From an uncultured delta proteobacterium (GTDB lineage: Bacteria; Desulfobacterota; Binatia; Bin18), in contig CAVTCR010000027.1 in NCBI GenBank assembly GCA_963733195.1, positions 1 to 45,793 of the forward strand: DNA of 45,793 nt. Reading direction: 5' to 3'. Numbering within the stretch: position 1 is the stretch's first letter; every line of letters starts with the position of its first letter. The position numbers and the translations under genes were made by a program. A model generated the notes under the pieces. That model was not told the origin of the DNA. It saw only the letters and a list, made by a program, of their open reading frames with translations, and made no database searches. This document shows, piece by piece, positions 19,592 to 31,236 of the stretch.

Positions 19592-21958
19592 TTAGGTATG
19601 AGCACGCTGGTCACGCGCCGCCAGCGCTGCCAGGAGCCGGCTTGGCGTCAGCGGCAACTCGGTCACCCACGCACCCGTAGCATTGTAAATGGCATTCACA
19701 ACCGCGGCGATGGTCGCCACCTTTGCCGGCTCTCCTAAGTTGCGCGCGTCAGTGTTGGTCTGACCGTGGTAGACATTCAGCAGCACCGTGTCGAGCACGG
19801 GCATGTCACGCGGACCGGCCAACTTGTAGAAGAGCAAGTCCGGGATTGAGCATCCGGCCTTCCAACTCATCCATCACTCGCTCTTCAAACAGGCCAAAGC
19901 TCAAGGCATTGATGATCCCACCCTGAAGCTGACTCTCCGCCAGCAAGGGATTAAACACGCGACCACAATCTTGCACCGCGACGATCTTCTCAACCGTGAC
20001 CCGGCCGAGGCGTTCGTCGACAGTCGACTTCAGCGAATTGCACCCCGGCGATCAGGTCTTGACCCATCGACAAGCGCGGGAAGCGCCACCGCCGGACCGC
20101 CGTAATCGTCCGGGCGCTCGCCGATTGCGGCAGTTTTGCCGCCCGGCAATAAGGCGCATGCCTGCTTCCACTCCAGCGTCTGCCCGGACTGCGTCCTGAT
20201 ATGACCACCTGGGTGCACTGTTAGTGTCTCCACTGGCACGCCAAGTTTACGCGCGGCATGACGCAACAATGTCTGTTTTGCCCGATAGGCGGCCTGGCGT
20301 GCTGGTGGCGTCACCGTACTCGTCAGCTTGCTGCCACCTGGCGCTGGTGAGTACGGGTAGTCAGCATCCGCCAGCCGGACGTCGATCTGCTGCGGTTCCA
20401 GACCCAGTTCTTCTGCGATCGCTTGGGCGATGATCGTCGCTTCACCTCCACCTGGAGCTGAAGTGCTCGTAAATGCGATGACACTGCCATCCTTGTTCAG
20501 TTGGACTTCGACCTGCGCCCCAGGGTTATAGACACTGTACCAGACACTATTGGCCACACCGATCCCTCGTCGTATCGGTCCAGCCCCAGTCCCGGCCTTG
20601 GGATTACGGCGCTCTTTCCAGCCGATCCGCTCTGCGCCGATGCGTAACTCGTCAGCGCGCCAGGGGGCGCGGCCGCAACTATTGCGCAGGCGAAATTCCA
20701 CCGGGTCCTGCCCTAACCGCTCGCAGAGCATGTCGATCGCCACCTCAAGCGCAAAGGCCCCCTGCGGATGTCCAGGCGCCCGGAAGGCGCAGCCCGGACC
20801 AGTGTTCATCGCTACATCGTAATCAGCAGCCCGCACATTGCCGCAGTCATAGATGCTGAAGAACGGCCCCGATGCACCAGCACCAAAGCCAGCGCCGGCA
20901 GAGCCATGATTGACAACTTCGACCGCAGTGAGGCTCCCCTCGCGCGTACCAGCCACACGTGCCCGCATCTGATTGAGAGGACGGTTACCGCCAACGAGGT
21001 GCTCGTCTTTCCGTGAGAGGGCAATCTTCACCGGCCGTCCGGCTTTCTTGGCAAGATGGGCAGCAATAGCCGTATAGGGCAGGCTGGAGCCTTTGGTGCC
21101 GAAGTGACCGCCGATATATTGGTTCGTGACCCGCACCTGTGCATAAGGCAAACCGAAGTGGTCAGCCAATTCCTCACGTGTGCCGGTAACGGACTTGGCG
21201 CCACAGTGGACGACCAGACGACCGCCGGGTTCCCAGCTGGCCACCGCCGCGTGCGTCTCTAAACAGCTGTGGGTCTGCACAGGAGTAAAAAACTCCTGCT
21301 CCACCACGGCATCCGCTTCTTTCACTGCCTGATCGACATCGCCACGATCTTTGCCAAAGAGCGAACGCGTCGCGGGTCCAAAGACATTTCCCTTCTGGGG
21401 CGGTCCGTCCGCTGCCCACGCTGCCGCAACCGGCACAATACCTGTCGGAGCCTTGACTTGTCCCCCGCCACCAGCGCCACCGCCAGGCATGACGAGCGGA
21501 GCATCCTCACGCATTGCTTTGGCTAGGGTGACGACAAAGGGGCCGGGCTTATACTCAATCTTGATCGCACGAGCGGCATCTTCAGCTTGCTCGGGGGTGT
21601 CCGCCGCTACGGCGGCGATCTCGTGCCCCTGAAAACGGACTTGCTGGCGGTCGAGTACATACACCGCTCGCACGCCAGGCATCTTTTCCGCCCCAGAAGT
21701 ATCAACTGTACCGATCTGCGCGGCCGGATAGGGCGACCGCACGATGACACCGTACAGCATGCCGGGCAGTTTCAGATCACGGGTGTACTTCGCTTTCCCA
21801 GTCACTTTATCGCGCGCTTCAAGGCGCGGGACAGGTTTCCCCACGACACGCAACGAGCTTTTTGCATCCCACGGCGGCGGCTCGTCGTCGGGGACCACCC
21901 GTTTGACCGTCGTCAGCTGATCATCGTAACCAATAGTGAGTTCTACTTCTCGTGTCAT
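19592..21958 (-). CDS. Molybdo-hydroxylase molybdopterin subunit (PaoC/YagR-like); frameshifts near 19850-20060
   Basis: KVTGKAKY, RSPYP, HSCLETH, IGGHFG, FRAPGHPQG, DPVEFR, QDCGRVFNP, LGEP, NAIYNATG. Confidence 0.9.
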
Positions 21959-21961
21959 AGC

Positions 21962-22633
21962 TCACCCCCTCACCTGTTGCGGGTCCTGACCGGAAGCAGT
22001 CAGGACCGCCGCAAAGATGTGCGGATAGGTCCCACAGCGGCAGACGTTGCCGCTCACCGCCGCTTTGATTTCTGGCAGACTCGGCTTGGGGTTGCGATTC
22101 AGTAACGCCCGGCAACTCATTAACATCCCCGGCGTGCAGTAGCCGCACTGGAGCGCGTCATGCGCGATAAATGCTGCTTGTAATGAGTCGAGTTGCTCAT
22201 CGTTTTTTGCCAGCCCCTCGACCGTGCGAATGGCTTTCCCTTGCGCGGTAACGGCGAGAACCATACACGACACAACTGGTTCACCGTCAAGTAACACGGT
22301 ACATCCACCACAGGCGCCACGATCGCAAATCAATTTTGTTCCAGTGAGGTCAAGGTGGTCGCGTAGCGCACTGGCCAGGGTCACGCGCGGCTCCAGGCGA
22401 AGCGTATAGGTACGGTCATTCACCCGCAGCGTCATAGGAACCGGATCAGGACCGACGGCAGACTCAGCAGCGTTTTGCTCCTTGGCAGTGGCGACAGGTA
22501 ACTGGAATCCCACTGCAGCAAGACCTGCTGCGCCTGCACCTGTTCCCTTTAGAAATGAGCGGCGGGAAATGCTGGTCTTTGAGGAAGTGTTCTGTGTGCT
22601 ACTCTCTACGGGAGTGTTTTCCCCTTTGGGCAT
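21962..22633 (-). CDS. Molybdo-hydroxylase 2Fe-2S subunit with a Tat signal (PaoA/YagT-like)
   Basis: ISRRSFLK, TGTKLICDRGACGGCTV, QCGYCTPG, GNVCRCGTY; AAGGAGG RBS. Confidence 0.93.
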   Translation of the reverse strand: MPKGENTPVESSTQNTSSKTSISRRSFLKGTGAGAAGLAAVGFQLPVATAKEQNAAESAVGPDPVPMTLRVNDRTYTLRLEPRVTLASALRDHLDLTGTKLICDRGACGGCTVLLDGEPVVSCMVLAVTAQGKAIRTVEGLAKNDEQLDSLQAAFIAHDALQCGYCTPGMLMSCRALLNRNPKPSLPEIKAAVSGNVCRCGTYPHIFAAVLTASGQDPQQVRG

Positions 22634-22654
22634 ACTCTTTCCTCCTTGCTCTCC

Positions 22655-22760
22655 TTCTGGATTCTGTCTCCTGACTTCTGAATTCTTTCTTCCTCACTTT
22701 TCACTTTTTCTTGTTCTTCACTCTTAATTCTTAATTTTTCATTATTCATTTTTCATTCTC
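22655..22760. repeat. Intergenic pyrimidine-rich degenerate 7-mer array
   Basis: TCTGGAT TCTGTCT CCTGACT TCTGAAT ... CACTCTT AATTCTT AATTTTT CATTATT CATTTTT. Confidence 0.65.
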
Positions 22761-23123
22761 TTGAAATACCTCCTTCGCCAACTGGAAGGCATTCACTGCC
22801 GTTGGCACGCCTGCATAAAAAGCGATGTGGATAAGAATTTCGATGATCTCTTCTTTGCTTAGCCCCATGTTGAGCCCATTGGCAATGTGTCCCTTTAACT
22901 GCGGGAGGCGTTGCATAGCCATGAGCGAGGCAATGGTAATGGCGCTGCGCATTTTCGGTTCAAGTCCAGGACGGGTCCAGACGCGACCAAAGAGCACTTC
23001 GTTCATTATCTCTTCTAGGTCAGGAGCGAGTTCCCCCAAAGCAGTTGCAGCGCCACTTGCGCGTTTCCCCAATAGTTTTTTGCGCAGTTCGAGTCCTTTT
23101 TCGAGATCAGCTTTGTTCGCCAT
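22746..23123 (-). CDS. Carboxymuconolactone decarboxylase (CMD/AhpD) family protein
   Basis: GLELRKKLLG, LFGRVWTRPGL...RSAITIA, EIIEILIHIAFYAGVP. Confidence 0.9.
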   Translation of the reverse strand: MANKADLEKGLELRKKLLGKRASGAATALGELAPDLEEIMNEVLFGRVWTRPGLEPKMRSAITIASLMAMQRLPQLKGHIANGLNMGLSKEEIIEILIHIAFYAGVPTAVNAFQLAKEVFQENEK

Positions 23124-23160
23124 AATGATTCCCTCCTTAATTACATGACCTTACGATTTC

Positions 23161-23246
23161 CTGGATGCCAGCGAAAGCTGGCATGACGAAATCAAACCCA
23201 TCAGCATCAGTGCGGTGAACTATAGCTTCCCCTTTCGCGGGAATGT
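23161..23246. repeat. Two REP/dRS3-like palindromes
   Basis: CTGGATGCCAGCGAAAGCTGGCATGAC (23161-23187) and a degenerate TTCCCCTTTCGCGGGAATG (23227-23245). Confidence 0.6.
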
Positions 23247-23360
23247 TCATTCGCCTGCGGCGCACCCTTGAGCATGAAAAGAGAGGACGTGCGGCTGCAG
23301 TGTCATTGCGAGTTGTCCATAGCGCTGACGCTAAGCTTTCAAGTAAAAACGGGACACGTG

Positions 23361-23441
23361 CTCGTCCCCAGGCTCTGCCTGGGGACGGAATGAGATGGAG
23401 TCTCCTGACTACTGCCGTTCCAGGCAGAGCCTGGGACGGAG
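23361..23441. repeat. Inverted pair of REP-like palindromes (REPIN-like)
   Basis: CTCGTCCCCAGGCTCTGCCTGGGGACG (23361-23387) and CGTTCCAGGCAGAGCCTGGGACGGAG (23416-23441). Confidence 0.7.
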
Positions 23442-23489
23442 GACTGAAGATTTGTTTCTGAGCAGCGGAGCGAAGCCATCTCTGCCCGT

Positions 23490-23743
23490 ACGTCGGCAAT
23501 ATGCACATTGGCGCAGTCATAGATGCTCAGGAACGGGCCGGACACCCCGGCGCCAAAACCGGCGCCGGCAGAACCATGATTGACCAGATCGACGGCAGTG
23601 AGAGTCCCTTCGCGAGTGCCAGCATTGAGTCCGGTCGCCTTCACGCGGATCAATAACTGGCCGGGTCGCAGCTTGGGCTCAGGAACGTCACGGAGTTCCA
23701 GCGTCCCGTCTTTTTCGCCTGGGACAATAACTATCGCTTTCAT
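23490..23743 (-). pseudogene. Chimeric remnant: MDR oxidoreductase N-terminus fused in frame to an internal fragment of a second molybdopterin subunit
   Basis: MKAIVIVPGEKDGTLELRDVPEPKLRPGQLLIRVKATGLN joined to AGTREGTLTAVDLVNHGSAGAGFGAGVSGPFLSIYDCANV. The second half matches 20830-20955. Confidence 0.85.
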
Positions 23744-23762
23744 GGCTGCCTCTCAAAAATTG

Positions 23763-24638
23763 TTAGATTTTCTGCGCCCGTTCAAGAATCGGGGCGACGC
23801 GATCAATGCAGCCCAGCGCGTTCCCAGTCGCAATCTCCTGGACGAACGGTTGCGAGAAAAACACAATCCGGCTCGCGCCAGCCTCACGAAAGGCTTTCAG
23901 GGTATCCGCGGACAGCGCACCATTTTGCGGATCGACAAAAGCCGTCATCTGGAGAGCATCAGGATTACGTCCAGCCTCTTTGGCCTTCTGCCGGATGATC
24001 TCCACTTTCTTTTTGTAGTCAGCCGGATCGTTGGTCAGCGGACACCAACCGTCATAAGTGCGTGCGACGCGTTCCAAGGCTTTCGGCGTGTGGCCGCCAA
24101 GAAAGATCGGCGGACCAGATTTCTGCACCGGCTTGGGGTCACAATACACGGGCGGGAATTGCACGAGTTCACCCTGATAGCTCGGTTTCGGGTGGGTCCA
24201 GAGGATGCGCATGGCTTCTACCGTTTCTTGCAAGCGTTTCCAGCGGAGACGAAACTTGGTCCCCATTATCTCAGTCTCTTCCTTCACCCAGCCGCCGCCG
24301 ACCCCGAGAATCACCCGACCGCCAGAGTACATATCAAGGGAGGCAATCACCTTCGCCGTCATCAACGTGTCACGTTCCGGGAGCAGGCAAATACCCGTCG
24401 CCAGTTTGAGGCGCTTGGTGGCGGTGGCCGCGACCGTGAGGGCAATAAAGGGATCAGCCCAGCGGTTATAATGTTCCGGGAGTATGTCACCTCCGGGGAG
24501 TTGCCTGTTGAACCCCACGGGAATGACGGGATGTTCGCCAATCCACAACGATTCAAAACCAAGCGCTTCAACACGGTGGGCGATTTCTGCGATGTTCTTC
24601 GTCTCTTGTGTGGCCGGCACGGTAATGCCAATGTTCAT
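23763..24638 (-). CDS. LLM-class, probably F420-dependent oxidoreductase (Rv2161c-like)
   Basis: GFESLWIGEH, DPFIALTVAATAT..LKLATGI, SGGRVILGVGGGW..EE, PKPVQ..GPPIFLGG. Confidence 0.9.
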   Translation of the reverse strand: MNIGITVPATQETKNIAEIAHRVEALGFESLWIGEHPVIPVGFNRQLPGGDILPEHYNRWADPFIALTVAATATKRLKLATGICLLPERDTLMTAKVIASLDMYSGGRVILGVGGGWVKEETEIMGTKFRLRWKRLQETVEAMRILWTHPKPSYQGELVQFPPVYCDPKPVQKSGPPIFLGGHTPKALERVARTYDGWCPLTNDPADYKKKVEIIRQKAKEAGRNPDALQMTAFVDPQNGALSADTLKAFREAGASRIVFFSQPFVQEIATGNALGCIDRVAPILERAQKI

Positions 24639-24679
24639 GGCGAATTCCTCCTTGTCACCGAGCGGTCGTGAGCGCGACG

Positions 24680-24816
24680 GGGAACTGAGAATCCCGCTGC
24701 AGCAAGGCCTGCTGCGCCAGCCCCTGTTCCCTGCAGAAATGAGCGGCGGGAAATGCGCAGTCTTTGAGAAAGTGTTTTGTGCGCTACTCTCTAACCGGAG
24801 TGTTTCCTTTGGGCAT
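24680..24816 (-). pseudogene. 5' remnant of a second PaoA-like 2Fe-2S subunit (Tat signal only)
   Basis: DNA closely matches 22520-22648 (GAAATGAGCGGCGGGAAATGC..., CCTTTGGGCATA.TCTTT). Encodes MPKG...ISRRSFLQGTGAGAAGLAA. Confidence 0.85.
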
Positions 24817-24901
24817 AGTCTTTCTTCCTTCAGGGTCGAAGCGCAGACGGCTTGATTCTGTCTCCTACTTCAATCTTTTTCTATTCTCCTTTGAAACACC
24901 T

Positions 24902-26363
24902 TTACGCTTGTCCAGTCTGTGCCTGCAGCTTCCGCACCTGCGACTCCACGACCGTGCCTTTGAAAAAGTCGGGATTGAGACTCGCCCACAGCTTGACGGC
25001 ATTACCAAACGTGAACGCCTGAAAGTCTTCTTCGGACATGCCTTTCTCCTCGACGAGTTCCCACGCTTCTTCTAACACTTCCGTCATGTCTGGCACATCG
25101 AAGTGGCTGATGTCGGAGCTGAGCAGCGCGCCCAGCTTGGCGCCAAACGGATTCACTTTGGAAGCAAAGGCGTAGTTCAGCGTCGGATCGTCGGACTCAC
25201 AGCCAAAGAAGAAATTCGGAACAAACAGATTGTAAATGTCTTCTTTCTTGGTAATCTTGCATGCAGCAAAATCGTCGAGTTCTTCAGGCAGCGCGCTGCC
25301 CATGCCACTGATTCATCTCCGCTTCAAACTCCGGCCAGCGGCTGTACATCTTGTCTCCGCCGTATTGCTTGATCAATGCGCCGAGTTTGGCGCGATCCAG
25401 ATTGGCCGGATTGAGTTGTTGGATCACGTTGCCGTTGCGCTTCTCCCAATGCGAGATGAGGTCAGCAAACACGCTGCATCCCCAAGCGACCCCACCTTCA
25501 AGAAACGCAAAACGCATGCGTGGGAAACGACGCGTGACACCGCCAAGGAAGAGGGCCTTACACACCGCATTCCCGCTTCGCCAAAGTGCCCGATGTGATT
25601 GTAGACGAAATTGGTCAGTGAATTGCGCAGTCCCATATTCTCAGCAGCAGAATGAAAGGTCGCTGGATACCCCAATTCCTCGCACTTGCGCCACACCGGG
25701 TCATAATCATAATCACTGTCCAGCGCCTAACACGTCGACCCAAAAGGCATAGCGACGACTCACGCCTTGTTTCTCTGCCGCAGGAATCGAGCGACGAATC
25801 AGACTGCCCATCGCCACCGCCTTGATCCCCAGCGACTTGCAATGTTCCAACTCAGCCACCGCCTCTTGCGGCGTGTGCATGGGAATCACGCCGATCGGGG
25901 TTGCACGGTCCGCATACTCTGCCCAGGTCTCAGCCGCATAGCGATTAAACGCGCGACACCCAGCGATGCGCAGTTCTTCATCCCCGAGATAGGGGGCAAA
26001 CAATTGCGATGCCGAGGGATACAGAATCGCGAAATCGATCCCCATATCCGGGAGCCGCTCGTGCATCAGACGCGGAATAAACGATGTGGCCGTGTCCAGC
26101 TCACTGGGAGACACTAACGCCCACCACGGTTGCTGGCCGATGCGCTGATCGTGGCGCCCTTGTTTATCAAGCTTGGCAAAGGACGATTCCCCAAAATGGC
26201 GCACGCGGGAGGTCCATTTCTCGACAAGTTTCGGCCCAGCTTCTTCTCTGAGGTAGTCCATGGCCAGCGGTCCATACTCCCGCCAGTGACCATCAGAATC
26301 GATGACTGGATGACTCAATTTTGCCCGGATCGCTTTTGATTTTGATGTTCCGTTTCCTGACAT
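24902..26363 (-). CDS. Amidohydrolase_2-family metallohydrolase (multiple frameshifts)
   Basis: HPVIDSDGH, GIDFAILYPS, CRAFN, IPMHTPQEAVAELE, YNHIGHF, GGVTRRFP..RFAFLEGG, FFFGCESDD, SSDISHFD. Confidence 0.88.
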
Positions 26364-26403
26364 ACGCGTTTCTCCTTCAGCGAGTTTCTCTCTGTGATAC
26401 AAC

Positions 26404-26941
26404 TTATTCGGCCCTTGATCCGGCCTGGTATTGTTCGTCGCTGACCTTTTCCATCCAGTCGGCGGTCTTGCCGTCGAGCTGTTCCACAATGGCGATGTGC
26501 GTCATGGCCGTGGTGGCCGTGGCTCCATGCCAGTGTTTCTGACCCGGCGGGATCCAGACCACATCACCCGGCCGAATTTTCTCGATCGGGCCTCCCCAGC
26601 TCTGGACCAGGCCGCAGCCAGCCGTCACGATCAAGGTCTGGCCCAGCGGATGGGTGTGCCATGCGGTCCGCGCGCCGGGCTCGAACGTGACACTGACGCC
26701 GCGCGCGCGTGCCGGAGCGGGTGGCTGGAACAGAGGGTCAGTGCGTACCGTGCCGGTAAAATTCTCGGCCGGTCCTTTGCCGGAAGGCTGCGAGCCGCTT
26801 CGCGTGATGGTGATTGTCTGCGAACCTTCACTTGAAGCGACCGAGGAGCGTCCGAGCCTGAGGGGCTCCTGCCTGATTTGCATGGGCGTACGCCGAAGCG
26901 AGCAGAGAAAGCGACATGACCATCGCGGTGAGCAGTTTCAT
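26404..26941 (-). CDS. Cupin domain protein with an N-terminal signal peptide (frameshift near 26860)
   Basis: [21 protein letters not shown], then [47 protein letters not shown]. Confidence 0.88.
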
Positions 26942-26985
26942 TGCCGTCCTTTCGATTCAGTGATTAAGAGTGCTTTTCCCCTCGG

Positions 26986-27700
26986 TTAGAGGGCCATCAG
27001 ATGCCTCGCTAATTCTCCGGGAGCGGAGAAGAACGGCGAATGACTCGTGTCCATCGAGATCACTTTCTGACAGGGCGTCGCCGTGTACAACCGTTTCTGG
27101 AACGGCGGCGTCAACGCCCGATCTCGCAGGCACTCAATGTACACGCGCGGAACCCGTCCCCACTTGGCCTCACTCGTTTTGACAGGGGTGGTTATGGGCT
27201 CCATCGCTTGCGGCACCAGCAACAGCTTGGCTAAGGCAATATCCTCTTCCGAACAGTCCTCATAGAACGCCTCCTTCAGCCCCTCCTCGCGAAACGTGGC
27301 GGAGATCTGATCCGGGGCGACCACAAAATTGGCCAACGAGGCCGACTCCGTGTCGTGCTGAAACTCGTTCAAACATCGACTGGCCATTCCGAGGCAGGGC
27401 TGCGGCCAGATACACTAACCACTTAATGCGCTCGGGTCGCTCTTCGGCCACCTGCGTGATAATTCCCCCGCCCATACTGTGCCCCACAAGAATCACCGGT
27501 TCCCGCTGCGCATCCAGGAGTTTGCAGACGCTGTCCACATAGAGTTGGAGCGTCACGTCCGCCACCGGTGTCTTATCCTTCCCATGACCAGGCAAGTCAG
27601 GAGCCAGTACCGTGTGGCCGTGCTTCTCCAACAAGGGCACGACCTTGTACCAACACCACCCGCCGTGGGCTGCTCCGTGAATCAGTACGAATGTACTCAT
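26986..27700 (-). CDS. Alpha/beta hydrolase (methylesterase/SABP2-like); frameshift near 27365
   Basis: FVLIHGAAHGGWCW, DLPGHG, GHSMGG, YIECLRDRAL, TSHSPF. Confidence 0.9.
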
Positions 27701-27820
27701 GAGATCCTCCTTTTTCTGTTTGCACCCTAATGCTCAAGCTCACTTCGATCCGCCCAGCCGTGTCCCTTCGTTTTCAGCAGAACCGCCAACGGGCGGCTGT
27801 GAAGCCGCCGATCACGCTGA

Positions 27821-28888
<1,068 letters not shown>

Positions 28889-29299
28889 CTAGTCCACAGA
28901 GGATCCGGCCTGGTATTGTTCGTCGCTGACCTTTTCCATCCACTCGACGCTCTTGCCGTCGAGCTGTTCGACAATGGCGATGTGCGTCATGGCCGTGGTG
29001 GCCGTGGCGCCGTGCCAATGTTTCTCATCAGGCGGGCATCGGACCACGTCTCCCGGCCGAATTTTCACGACCGGGCCTCCCCAGCTCTGTACCAGGCCGC
29101 AGCCAGCCGTCACGATCAGGGTCTGGCCCAGCGGGTGGGTGTGCCATGCGGTCCGCGCGCCGGGCTCGAACGTGACACTGGCGGCGAACATGCGGGCCGG
29201 CGCGGGTGCCTGGTACAGCGGGTCAATGCGTACCGTGCCGGTAAAATACTCGGCCGGTCCTTTGCTGGAGGGCTGTGAGCCATTTCTTTTGATGTCCAT
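28889..29299 (-). CDS. Cupin domain protein (paralog of 26404-26941, no signal peptide)
   Basis: [26 protein letters not shown]; AAGGAGG RBS. Confidence 0.92.
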   Translation of the reverse strand: MDIKRNGSQPSSKGPAEYFTGTVRIDPLYQAPAPARMFAASVTFEPGARTAWHTHPLGQTLIVTAGCGLVQSWGGPVVKIRPGDVVRCPPDEKHWHGATATTAMTHIAIVEQLDGKSVEWMEKVSDEQYQAGSSVD

Positions 29300-29371
29300 G
29301 TTCTGAATTCCTCCTTTGATAGAATTTTTCTTTGGTCAACCTCTTTCCCAACCGCTCGAACGCGGCAATGT

Positions 29372-29765
29372 TCAACTAACAGATTGTTTCTTCGTGGCAC
29401 GAGTTTGATAGTCGCGGATCGCGCCACAGGGCTCACGATGTGATTGATGATGCTGGCGGCGTAGCGGCGGTATTTGGTGCGGTACACGGCGTCGATCTGG
29501 TCGTTGAGGTCGGGGTCGGCGTCCACGAACGTGACATCTTTGTCGACGCTCACCAGCCTGGATGTGGCCTTCGTGGCGCACCTGCGTGCCACGGAACCAG
29601 GCGGCGGTAGCGCCCGTTGACGGATCGGACGTAGAGGTCATCGCCGTGGCGGACGACCCAAATCATCACCGGGTTGCGCAGCGTGCCGTCGCGTCGGAGT
29701 GACGCGATCTTCAGTTCTTCTGCTGTGCCGATCTTGGTGAGCTCGTCGCTCGTCCACGTTATCAT
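29372..29765 (-). CDS. DUF2255-family protein (frameshifted; 3' end uncertain)
   Basis: WTSDEL..IG.AEEL.IAS.R.DGTLR.PV.IWVVR..DDLYVRS, AWFRG, IDAVYRTKY. Confidence 0.8.
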
Positions 29766-29788
29766 CGGCGCGTCTCCTTTTTCGCCGC

Positions 29789-29863
29789 TCAGCGACCCAG
29801 CAGTTGCATGATGTGTTCGGGGTACCGTTCCCCTTGCACTGTGATCTTTGCGGTGGCTGTCAT
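29789..29863 (-). pseudogene. Orphan AKR C-terminal tail / 24-aa mini-ORF
   Basis: MTATAKITVQGERYPEHIMQLLGR*, homologous to the C-terminus of the AKR ending at 27859. Confidence 0.75.
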
Positions 29864-29865
29864 AA

Positions 29866-30955
<1,090 letters not shown>

Positions 30956-31236
30956 ATTGATGTGGCCCTGAAAGAACGCTGCATGCCACCGCGCGGGTTG
31001 TCGTGTCGCCGCTGACGACATGCCCTGGAAACAGGCTATCTACTACGGGTTCAGCACTCTCACGATATAGTCTGTCCCACGTTGTCGACCGCACGATATA
31101 AGAAGACTCACTTGACACACAGAATAATAATGGAGCTGTCAAAGTGATAGCGTATAAACAGGCCGGAGGGGTCCTTGTTTGGAAGACGCATTCCTTCTGT
31201 TTAACAGACTCTCCCCTTTCTCGCACCAGAACCCTT

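Noticed and set aside
23580-24671. 363-aa plus-strand ORF
   Set aside because: Antisense shadow of the LLM gene.
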